A stretch of 64,000 bases of DNA from Geopsychrobacteraceae bacterium (GTDB lineage: Bacteria; Desulfobacterota; Desulfuromonadia; Desulfuromonadales; Geopsychrobacteraceae). The stretch covers positions 2,560,001 through 2,624,000 of the forward strand of contig OY759353.1 of NCBI GenBank assembly GCA_963662315.1. The letters run 5' to 3'. Numbering within the stretch: the stretch's first letter is position 1; each line of letters opens with the position of its first letter. A program made the translations under genes and the position numbers. The notes below the pieces were generated by a model. That model saw only the letters and a program-made list of their open reading frames with translations, was not told the origin of the DNA and searched no databases. This document shows positions 20,598 to 29,333 of the stretch, one piece after another.

Positions 20598-20937
20598 TTT
20601 TCAGCCGGGAACGGCCCTTTTTGGCAATTTCTGCGTCAGTCTTCACATTAGCTTGTGCGGCGTAAAGCACTACGCCTCCGCGCCAATGTCTGACTTTTTT
20701 GACCTTGCCAAAAATTCCTCGTTCCCAATCTGAAAACATAGTTTCATCTTCTGCAATTTTTGAATCAGAAACATTATGCAATTAATTCACCCCCCTCTCC
20801 CGCCACAGGGGAGGGGTAATGTGAGGGGAAAACCATGGATAATCGACATAATCGGCATGGCAAACGGTTGACAGAATTAAAGACAGGTGCGATTTTAACA
20901 GGTTGTGAAAACTTACAAAAATCCCGAAGGAAATAAC

Positions 20938-21729
20938 ATGAGTGTTCAATCTCTTGATCGCGCATTTGATATTATTGAGCTCCTGTCACAGGAGTCACGC
21001 AGCATTCCCATGACTGAAATCGGCCGGCGGCTCGATTTACATAAAAGCACTGTTCATAGACTGCTGACATCCTTGCGCAAGCGTGGCTACGTCGAACAGG
21101 AAGCGGAAAGTGGCAATTACAAATTAGGCCTCGGCTTTGTCGAGCTGGCCAGTCTCTATCTAAACAGCCTTGAACTGAAAACCGAAGCCAGCCCTTTCAT
21201 CAACGAACTGGCCAAGACCACTGGACAGACGGTGTTTCTCGCCATTATGGACAATACCGATGTTGTCTATATTGACAAAGCAGAAGCCTATAACAGCATG
21301 CGACGCTACACAATCATCGGTAAACGCCTACCGATGTATGTGACCTCTCTCGGCAAAGCGATGCTGTCCGGTTACACCGACCGTGAAATCGAGGAACTCT
21401 ACCCGGAGCGCACCTTGCCAAAGTTTACGGCGAAAACCCTGACGACATTCGACTCCCTTATGACTGAAATTCGCCAAGCCAGAGAGCGTGGCTGGTCGAT
21501 TGATGATGAAGAACGCGAACTGGGAACCCGCTGCATTGGTGCCCCGATCTTTGATTATCGCGATCGTGTTATTGCTGCTGTCAGCGTGGCTTGGGAAATC
21601 AAGGTCAACCCGGAACTGGCCTGGAAGGACTATGCTCCTTATGTCGTCCGTACAGCGGCACAAATATCTGTTAAAATGGGATGCACCAGAAACAAAATCC
21701 GGCAACTGGCGAACCCCGCTGTTTTTTAG
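20938..21729 (+). CDS. IclR-family transcriptional regulator (KdgR-like role inferred)
   Basis: VQSLDRA, LHKSTVHRLL HTH, TSLGKAML, DDEERE..CIGAPI. Confidence 0.9.
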   Translation: MSVQSLDRAFDIIELLSQESRSIPMTEIGRRLDLHKSTVHRLLTSLRKRGYVEQEAESGNYKLGLGFVELASLYLNSLELKTEASPFINELAKTTGQTVFLAIMDNTDVVYIDKAEAYNSMRRYTIIGKRLPMYVTSLGKAMLSGYTDREIEELYPERTLPKFTAKTLTTFDSLMTEIRQARERGWSIDDEERELGTRCIGAPIFDYRDRVIAAVSVAWEIKVNPELAWKDYAPYVVRTAAQISVKMGCTRNKIRQLANPAVF

Positions 21730-21907
21730 CCAAGTGCCCTGTTACACCTTGTAAAGAAGTCCCTGGTTTCCGCTTTTGAAACGCATATCTATTGCAAATG
21801 ACAAGCTCTGTGCTTAACATCGCCACAGCGAATAAGAGCGTTTCTAGGCAGAAACTTCCATTCAACCGGATCAACCCTCGGCTGATCCGCACGACCGGAG
21901 GAGATTC

Positions 21908-22861
21908 ATGCAGACGATCGAATTCAACAATGGTGACAAAATGCCCGTTCTGGGCCTTGGCACCTGGAAATCCGCTCCCAATGAAGTCTATACGGCAGTT
22001 AAAGAAGCTCTTAAAATCGGCTATCGCTATGTCGATTGCGCCCACATCTACGGCAATGAAGCTGAAGTTGGCAAGGCATTAAGCGAAGCCTTCGCCGAAG
22101 GGATCGTGACCCGTGACGAAATGTGGATCACGTCGAAACTCTGGAACGATTCCCACTTTCCTGAAGATGTACGCCCGGCGATTGAAACAACCCTGAAAAA
22201 CCTGCAACTGGATTACCTTGACCTCTATCTGATGCACTGGCCGGTTGCATTGAAACGGGGTAAATTCATCCCGGAGTCCGCCGAAGACATTCTGCCATTA
22301 AGCGAAATTCCTCTTGCGCTGACCTGGAAAGCGATGGAAGACGTTTATAACGCCGGATTGTGTCGCCATCTTGGCGTTTCTAACTTCAACGTCCCAAAAT
22401 TGCAGGGCCTGCTCGGCAAAGCCAGCATCCGACCGGAAGTCAATCAGGTTGAAATACATCCGTACCTGCAACAGCCCGAGCTGTTCAAATTCTGCGCCGA
22501 ACACGGGATTTTCCTCACGGCCTACTCCCCTCTAGGATCTCCCGACCGTCCGGCGCGGATTAAAGAAGCAGGCGAACCGGTCCTGATGGAGGAACCAACC
22601 ATCGTCGAGATCGCCAAGCGTCTGAATGCCTCCCCAGCTCAGGTTCTTATCCGTTGGGCCATCAACATTGGTACCAATGTCATTCCGAAGTCAGTCAATC
22701 CTGAGCGCTTGAAACAAAACCTTGCCGCAATTGAGGTCGAACTGAGTGACGCCGATATGGCCGCCATCGCCAAACTCGACCGCAACAGACGTTACTACAC
22801 CGGCAACGCCTGGACGATTCCCGGCAGTCCACATACCTGGAAATCACTCTGGGAGCAATAA
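21908..22861 (+). CDS. Aldo/keto reductase
   Basis: GLGTW, DCAHIYGNE, ITSKLW, YLDLYLMHWP, IPKSV. Confidence 0.93.
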   Translation: MQTIEFNNGDKMPVLGLGTWKSAPNEVYTAVKEALKIGYRYVDCAHIYGNEAEVGKALSEAFAEGIVTRDEMWITSKLWNDSHFPEDVRPAIETTLKNLQLDYLDLYLMHWPVALKRGKFIPESAEDILPLSEIPLALTWKAMEDVYNAGLCRHLGVSNFNVPKLQGLLGKASIRPEVNQVEIHPYLQQPELFKFCAEHGIFLTAYSPLGSPDRPARIKEAGEPVLMEEPTIVEIAKRLNASPAQVLIRWAINIGTNVIPKSVNPERLKQNLAAIEVELSDADMAAIAKLDRNRRYYTGNAWTIPGSPHTWKSLWEQ

Positions 22862-23069
22862 ACAAACCTAGACGGACACTGCGCAATGCAGTGTCCGTTT
22901 GTATTGCAATATGCTATCCCTCATAGCGCCATTCTTACCTTTTCTTGCATTTATTATCAATTTATTGATATATATAGACAAACATTCATCAGCAACTTCG
23001 TACGCCAGCTTCACACGCTCCAATCTACCCAATTCACCCATAACGCAACAATCATTAACAGGAGAGCCT

Positions 23070-23528
23070 ATGCCCTCACAAGCGTTTCGCCCAGTAGAGT
23101 TTATCGAGTTACATGATGCCGGCGTATGTCTTATTACTTACGACAGCAGTGAAGATTATGGCTGGCGCGAATTTCGCGAATACGAAGGGGGCGGATTCTC
23201 TATTCTTGGTGAAGACCTGTGCCGCCTGGCCCAAATCTTCGGCCTGGAGCCACAACCCATTCTCGCCCATTCAAACCAAGGGGAGGTGCAGCGCATTGAT
23301 CCCGAATGCCTTGAGTTCCGCATTGTCAAAAACCGTCAGGACATCGGCAAAAAAACTGATTCCCGGCACTATGGCGGCATGGAACGGGTAAAAAGCATCT
23401 GGGCAAAGATTGACGCTCCTCAGTTGTTACAGCTGAAAGTCGAGTTTTTGACTGTCCCAAACCAGGAAGTGGAATCCACCATTAAACGAATCAGCTACTC
23501 GGGTAATTTTTCCGTTTGGTGGAAATAA
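23070..23528 (+). CDS. Hypothetical protein
   Basis: ORF with AGGAG RBS before ATG 23070; no recognised motif. Confidence 0.55.
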   Translation: MPSQAFRPVEFIELHDAGVCLITYDSSEDYGWREFREYEGGGFSILGEDLCRLAQIFGLEPQPILAHSNQGEVQRIDPECLEFRIVKNRQDIGKKTDSRHYGGMERVKSIWAKIDAPQLLQLKVEFLTVPNQEVESTIKRISYSGNFSVWWK

Positions 23529-23563
23529 TCCAAAAACATCTAACGCTTACAAGGAATGAATAA

Positions 23564-24085
23564 ATGATCGACTTATTACGGCAACGCAGAAGCATCCGTA
23601 AATTCAAATCCCTGCCCGTTGAAAATGACAAGGTCCAAACGCTGGCTGAAGCTCTGTTGCGCGCGCCAACCTCACGCAATCAGCAACCCTGTCAGTTCAT
23701 CATGGTCAATCAGCACGACCTGCTGCAGCAGTTAAGCACAGCAAAACCACACGGCGCAGCACTGATAAAGGGTGCGCCCCTGGCCGTCGTCATTGCCGCG
23801 GACCCGAGCATATCGGATGTCTGGATTGAAGACGCGTCAATTGCCGCCATAACCGTCCAATATGCGGCGGAAGCACTGGGACTGAAAAGCTGCTGGGTCC
23901 AATTGCGCCAAAGACCCCATGATGAAAAGACCGGTGCTTCCGATTTTGCACGCAGCCTGGTTGGCCTTCCAGAGCAGTTTGAGGTTCCCATAATAATCGC
24001 TATCGGCTACCCGGACGAGGACAAACCGGGACATTCTACAGCGGCACTGAAGTCTGAAAAAATCCACTCAAACAAATTTCAGTGA
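23564..24085 (+). CDS. Nitroreductase family protein
   Basis: RRSIRKF, APTSRNQQP, LGLKSCWV, IAIGYP. Confidence 0.9.
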   Translation: MIDLLRQRRSIRKFKSLPVENDKVQTLAEALLRAPTSRNQQPCQFIMVNQHDLLQQLSTAKPHGAALIKGAPLAVVIAADPSISDVWIEDASIAAITVQYAAEALGLKSCWVQLRQRPHDEKTGASDFARSLVGLPEQFEVPIIIAIGYPDEDKPGHSTAALKSEKIHSNKFQ

Positions 24086-24178
24086 GCAGTTGCCACACGG
24101 CTCAATCCCCTCCCCTGCATAACCCTCAGGGGAGGAATCGTTTGCGGCCCGGCACGCATCCGTTTTATTCGAATGCCT

Positions 24179-25057
24179 CTACCGCACCTTGTAATTTTTG
24201 CGTACAGCATCAAGACAATAGACAGCCACACCGGTCCAGATCAGAGCAAAGGTAACAAAACTGTGCAGATCAAACGGTTCCAGGTAAAGAAAAACTCCCA
24301 GCAAAAAAGCGATACTGGGTGCCAGGTACTGAAAAATACCAATGGTCGATAATTGCAGCTTTGCTGCGGCTGCAGCAAACCAGAGCAGTGGCAAACTGGT
24401 TACTATCCCCGCACCAACCAACCAGAAAGAAACGGCGGCAGAAGGCAGAAACGGTCGCGCCCCATAAAACTGAAGAAAAACGAGGTAGGCAAAAGCCGGA
24501 ATCAGAAGAATCAATGTTTCAACAAGCAAACCAGGAATCGGAGCGACAATGGTCTTTTTTCTGACATATCCATAAAATGCAAACAGAAGAGCCAGGGACA
24601 AAGCGTATTTCGGCACATCTCCATAACCAATCAGTGAATAAACCACACCGATCAGGGCAAACAATACTGCCAACGTCTGCAAGCGACTGAAACGCTCTTT
24701 TAACAGTAGCACCCCAAGAGCGATATTCAGCATCGGAGTCATATAATAGCCAAGGCTGGTTTCGACAACATGCCCACTATTGACAGCAATGATATAAATC
24801 AGCCAGTTTCCACCAATCAACAGACTGCTCGCAGTGAGACGTGCCATATCCAGGGGAGATCGGACAATCTTTGCCACCTCCTGCCAGCGCCGTTGCCAAC
24901 TTATTATCAGACACAAAAAAACACACGACCAGACTACGCGATGACAGAGTATTTCAAATGGCGGATACGATGCCATCTGTTTCCAGTAAGCAGGCAGAAA
25001 ACCCCAGGCAACAAAAGCAGCCAATGCGAAAAGAGTTCCGGATACACGCGATGTCAT
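24179..25057 (-). CDS. rarD: EamA-family transporter RarD
   Basis: EILCHRVVWS, NWLIY, SLGYYMTP, GIFQYLAP. Confidence 0.9.
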   Translation of the reverse strand: MTSRVSGTLFALAAFVAWGFLPAYWKQMASYPPFEILCHRVVWSCVFLCLIISWQRRWQEVAKIVRSPLDMARLTASSLLIGGNWLIYIIAVNSGHVVETSLGYYMTPMLNIALGVLLLKERFSRLQTLAVLFALIGVVYSLIGYGDVPKYALSLALLFAFYGYVRKKTIVAPIPGLLVETLILLIPAFAYLVFLQFYGARPFLPSAAVSFWLVGAGIVTSLPLLWFAAAAAKLQLSTIGIFQYLAPSIAFLLGVFLYLEPFDLHSFVTFALIWTGVAVYCLDAVRKNYKVR

Positions 25058-25263
25058 AGCAATCCCTGCAGTTTACATTATAAAAAATCTCGCCTAGAGC
25101 CGTTTCAGTGTCATGCTAACCCGATAAAGGATAGCAGTAAAAACGCTTTCAGCTCATCACACAAAATTATTTATGGATAAGAAAATTTCGCTCCACATAT
25201 AATAGGCTTTTTCAGGTATTTCGAACCTCCGTCAAGTACCACAGGTAAAGTGAGGAATAATTT

Positions 25264-25926
25264 ATGAATAATATAGAGCAAGAACTTCGTTCCCAGATAA
25301 TCAGCAGTGCACTCTGGATGAACGCATCCGGCCTGAATCAGGGGACGTCGGGCAACATCTCCGCGCGTTACGAAGACCGGATGATCATCACCCCCAGCAG
25401 CATCCCTTACGAAAATCTCAAACCGGAATCCCTGGCCTCAATGCATATCGATGGCCAGTATGGATCTTGGGAAGGCCCCTTTAAACCATCCAGCGAATGG
25501 CGCTTCCATCTCGACATCATGAAAGCCCGCCCCGAGGTCAACGCCGTCGTTCACACCCATTCCATCTACGCGACAACCCTGGCCATGGCCCGTCGTGATA
25601 TCCCAGCTGCCCATTACATGGTCGCTATTTTCGGTGGCGACAGTGTGCGCTGTTCCGACTATGCGACCTACGGCACCAAGGAACTGTCCGCTTATGCCCT
25701 GCAGGCGCTGGAAGGGCGCAATGCGTGCCTGCTTGCCAACCATGGCATGCTGGTCACGGCCCCCAGCCTGGAAAAAGCCATGTGGCTGGCTCAGGAGCTG
25801 GAGACCTTATGCCGTCAGTATTACCAGGCCCTCCTTATCGGCGGTCCTGTCATCCTTTCGGATCAAAACATTGCTGACACCATGAAGTCTATTGCGTCTT
25901 ACGGGTTACAGGACACCAAGCAATGA
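25264..25926 (+). CDS. Class II aldolase (FucA-like)
   Basis: GTSGNIS, PSSEWRFH, HTHS, LLANHG. Confidence 0.9.
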   Translation: MNNIEQELRSQIISSALWMNASGLNQGTSGNISARYEDRMIITPSSIPYENLKPESLASMHIDGQYGSWEGPFKPSSEWRFHLDIMKARPEVNAVVHTHSIYATTLAMARRDIPAAHYMVAIFGGDSVRCSDYATYGTKELSAYALQALEGRNACLLANHGMLVTAPSLEKAMWLAQELETLCRQYYQALLIGGPVILSDQNIADTMKSIASYGLQDTKQ

Positions 25927-25964
25927 TGGTGAATTGGGATAAGCCGACTGAGGCCAAATAAAAC

Positions 25965-25996
25965 AAAAGCCCCACGGAGCAAGTACCGTAGGGCTT
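25965..25996 (-). terminator. Terminator-like hairpin downstream of the degenerate att site
   Basis: AAGCCCCACGG-loop-CCGTAGGGCTT; near-copy at 35506-35538. Confidence 0.6.
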
Positions 25997-26008
25997 AGTT
26001 TTTTTAGA

Positions 26009-26032
26009 TGGCACGCCGCGAAAGGTTCGAAC
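26009..26032 (-). repeat. Degenerate copy of the tRNA-Arg(ACG) 3' end (old att site)
   Basis: TGGCACGCCGCGAAAGGTTCGAAC, 21/24 identical to 42411-42434. Confidence 0.75.
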
Positions 26033-26104
26033 GGGTTGCTTAATAACGCCTGAAACTCCATATCGCGCCTGACAATCCTGTTCCTCGCGGATCGTTGAAA
26101 ATCT

Positions 26105-26959
26105 CTAGCAGACCAGATCCTCCAACATAAGAGGCCGTCCGCGCTTCTGTCTGTCCCCTTCCGGCAATACGTCCATGCTCGGCCACAACCCTGTGGTGAG
26201 GCACTCAGCGTAACCACCTGTCATGCCAGCCTCACACATTTTTTGAGCTGTACTCATGGGCTGATAGGCGAGCCTGTGCCAACGACAGCGCAACCGTCCT
26301 CCTTCAGGGGTGATGGTCAAATACCACCCATCGGTCGTTGCGTCGTTAGCCGGCAGGCCGATAGCTCCGGCATTGACCCAGGCCTTTGCGCCGACCTTTA
26401 CCCCAGAGGGGATGCCACTGTGCCCAGCGACCAAGACGTCGGCCCCGGCCCGGTTGAGTTCTTCTTCCTTGACGGCCAGAGGAGTTGACGGAAAGATGAA
26501 GCGGTTGATCTGCTCAATACCGCCATGCACAACCTGGACACGCCGGCCGTTCAACGTGAAGCGAAGCGATCTTGGTAAAGACCTCATCCACCCTCGGTCC
26601 GCGTCAGATAACTGTTCACTGGCAAAACGATACCAGGCAACTGACAGGAGGGAACAGGTGTTTCCCTCATCGAACCCGCAACCACAGTCTTGGGCCGCCA
26701 AGCCAAGGGATTCTTCACAATTACCCAAAACAACCGAGATACCCCAGTCACGGATCAGAGCCACTGTTTCCGCAGGTTCTGCGCAGTAGGCCACGACATC
26801 CCCGGTGCAGATGATTCGTTCCGGGGGAAGGCCAAGATCATCGGCTCGCGCCCGCATGGCACGGGTCGCCGCCAGGTTGCTGTATGGACCGCCAAAGATC
26901 AAAACGGGTCCGCGAAGGGTGCCCAGATCCTCAACCTGCCGTGCATTCACGGTCATCAT
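26105..26959 (-). CDS. Calcineurin-like metallophosphoesterase family protein with a CGC motif
   Basis: GGPYSN, TGDVVAY, GNCEE, DCGCGF, VHGG, GHSG. Confidence 0.85.
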   Translation of the reverse strand: MMTVNARQVEDLGTLRGPVLIFGGPYSNLAATRAMRARADDLGLPPERIICTGDVVAYCAEPAETVALIRDWGISVVLGNCEESLGLAAQDCGCGFDEGNTCSLLSVAWYRFASEQLSDADRGWMRSLPRSLRFTLNGRRVQVVHGGIEQINRFIFPSTPLAVKEEELNRAGADVLVAGHSGIPSGVKVGAKAWVNAGAIGLPANDATTDGWYLTITPEGGRLRCRWHRLAYQPMSTAQKMCEAGMTGGYAECLTTGLWPSMDVLPEGDRQKRGRPLMLEDLVC

Positions 26960-28329
26960 TCCTGTGTGATCCTTCTTGTCGAACGCCTGCCACCCACCCA
27001 GAAACCAAGGCAGCCCGACACCATGACGGCAAGCGTCAGATAGAGAAGTTTGGTGTATTTATGGGCATCACCCAGCAGATGACTGTAACCACTCGACTCC
27101 GTGAAGTAGAGAATCGCCGCCGCAAGTGCCAGACAGAAACTGAGCAAATAGCTCCAAACAGGAATATCCCGGCGCTTGCCCCACAGCGAAAAGAAGATCA
27201 CCGGGGCCAGATAAAGCGAGGCCGTACCGCTCACCGCAACGGCGCTGAACAGATCTTTGTTGCCCCAGAACACCAGCAGCAGGCCGATCAGCATAAAGGC
27301 CGCCATCACCGCCCGCCCGTTGCGCAGAGTCATCTTCATGACCTTCATGTCAACGGCCAGCAGCTTGGCCGAACTCGACAGGGCGCTGTCCAAGGTGGAC
27401 ATGGCGGAGATCACCAGAGCCGCATTAAACAAAAGCATCGGTACGGTTCCGAGCAGCTGCATTAGCGTCTCGTTCAGCGAGGCCCCCGGCACGGCATGCG
27501 CTCCAGCCAGCACCCCGAGACAGCCAAAGGCGATGATGCAGATGATGCTGATCCAGGCCGCATGCAGAAAACTCTTGCGCGTCGTTTCCCGGTCGGCCAG
27601 AAAACCCCGATCCATCATCACCGGATCATGCATCGGGTAACTCCAGATCTGCAGCAGCGCGACCAGCATGAGAATCGGCCCTGGCTGGTCGAAGACAAAC
27701 GGCTTGAACCAGAGATCGTGCAGATGGACGCTCTGGCTTCCGGCCACCAGCACGACCAGCAGAATCAGGGTGCCGAGGAATATCACCATCTGAAAAACGT
27801 CCGTGCGCAACGATGCGCGCAAACCACCGACCATCGAGTAGAACAGGGTAATCGCCGAAAAACCGATGATCGTCAGGGTATACGCCTGACTGCCGGCAAC
27901 CCCGAACAGAATGCCGATCACCAGCAAGTTGGCAAACACCTCGCTGAGCAGGCGAATCCCGATAACGAAATTGTAGCACCCAGTGCCCCAGGTACCGAAC
28001 CGGGCGCGCAGGAAATCCTGAACGCTGTTAAAACCATGCTCGTAACGCAGACTGTCGACAATCTTGCCCCCGGTAAAAAACGACAAGTAGTAGAAGGCAT
28101 AGGCCAGGGTACCCCAGATCCCGTAATAGAAGCCGAGGATGGCCGCATTCATCAGCGAACGTGCAAAGATCCATGTCGTAACCTGGGAAAAGATCAGGCT
28201 CAACAAGCCCGGCTGACGGCCATCAACCCCAAGGCCTTGATAAAAAGCCCCTTCGCTCTCGGCCCGGGGGGAAAGGACCACCGAGCCGAGAGCGATAAAC
28301 GCTGCAAATGCAGGTAGAACGTAATCCAT
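26956..28329 (-). CDS. Sodium:solute symporter (SSS/SLC5-like)
   Basis: Polytopic membrane protein; GGLRASLRTD and SAMSTLDSALSS. Confidence 0.85.
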   Translation of the reverse strand: MDYVLPAFAAFIALGSVVLSPRAESEGAFYQGLGVDGRQPGLLSLIFSQVTTWIFARSLMNAAILGFYYGIWGTLAYAFYYLSFFTGGKIVDSLRYEHGFNSVQDFLRARFGTWGTGCYNFVIGIRLLSEVFANLLVIGILFGVAGSQAYTLTIIGFSAITLFYSMVGGLRASLRTDVFQMVIFLGTLILLVVLVAGSQSVHLHDLWFKPFVFDQPGPILMLVALLQIWSYPMHDPVMMDRGFLADRETTRKSFLHAAWISIICIIAFGCLGVLAGAHAVPGASLNETLMQLLGTVPMLLFNAALVISAMSTLDSALSSSAKLLAVDMKVMKMTLRNGRAVMAAFMLIGLLLVFWGNKDLFSAVAVSGTASLYLAPVIFFSLWGKRRDIPVWSYLLSFCLALAAAILYFTESSGYSHLLGDAHKYTKLLYLTLAVMVSGCLGFWVGGRRSTRRITQE

Positions 28330-28508
28330 AACGTCATGCTCCATAAATAAAGGTTGTTGTGCCATATCCGGTTGCGCCCGCCGTTGCAACCTAAGTCGCA
28401 GCGTGGGGGAGATTTAGGCAGTTGCAATGGCTGCACCGCCCCGCCAAGGTCCGTAACCGTGGCTTGATTTGTCCGCGGTGCCTGGCAAACAGCCCTTGGC
28501 AACCCTCC

Positions 28509-29327
28509 CTATTCGTTCAGTGCCCAGTCGTAGGCATAGGAAAAATCGCTTTTCCCGGCCTTGAGATAGTCTGCGCGATCGGACGCTGCATACATCAGGA
28601 GATGCTGGCGGACACCCTCTTCATCACCTCCGAAATCCACCTGAAACCAGTCGTAGATCGACGAGAGGACAGCTTTGTCTCCGACGATCTTCATACCACG
28701 TGGGTGGTTGATGTAATCCCTGGCCGCCTGGTCAAGAAGATCATCCAGGTTCATCACCGTGAACGGCTGTGCTTGCAGGTTGGGGCAGCCAAGACTGGCG
28801 CAATTGACAGCGTAATGAACCCGCACGTCCTGCCAGATCGGTCGCAGGATGCGGTGCTCGATATCGTTCAATGAGAGCTTTTCCCCTTCGATGGTGAGCA
28901 GTTTGGCATCCCACGGTCCGTTGCTGAACCAGCCGGGAGAAATATCGATATCACGGATGCTCTTGACCGGGTAGTGATCAAGAATGACCTTGACAGTCAG
29001 GGCGTTGTACAGATTGATCCAGTAGGCCTTCTGCTCCGGGCGGGCCAACATGGACACCGCAGTCCCCTGAAGTTTGGCCAGGTAGCCGTCCAAGGCTTTT
29101 TTGTCCTGGCTTGTGACTGCCACATAGCGTACCCGATTGATCCCGGACGGGTGTTTTGTCACCAGGTAGCGGCTGAGAAAATCGGCCCAGGCGGAATGGT
29201 CAATCGTCACCGTGCTGTTGGCCGCAAAAGCCTGCCACCGTGGCCAGAGCTCCACCTTTGGGGCCGCATCTGCGAGCAGAGGCAGCGTGGCGATTAAAGT
29301 ACAAACAACCACTATTATTCTGTTCAT
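28509..29327 (-). CDS. DUF547-domain secreted protein
   Basis: Signal peptide; AYWINLYNA, LSLNDIEH, HYAVNCASLGCP, YDWALN. Confidence 0.9.
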   Translation of the reverse strand: MNRIIVVVCTLIATLPLLADAAPKVELWPRWQAFAANSTVTIDHSAWADFLSRYLVTKHPSGINRVRYVAVTSQDKKALDGYLAKLQGTAVSMLARPEQKAYWINLYNALTVKVILDHYPVKSIRDIDISPGWFSNGPWDAKLLTIEGEKLSLNDIEHRILRPIWQDVRVHYAVNCASLGCPNLQAQPFTVMNLDDLLDQAARDYINHPRGMKIVGDKAVLSSIYDWFQVDFGGDEEGVRQHLLMYAASDRADYLKAGKSDFSYAYDWALNE

Positions 29328-29333
29328 GACACT

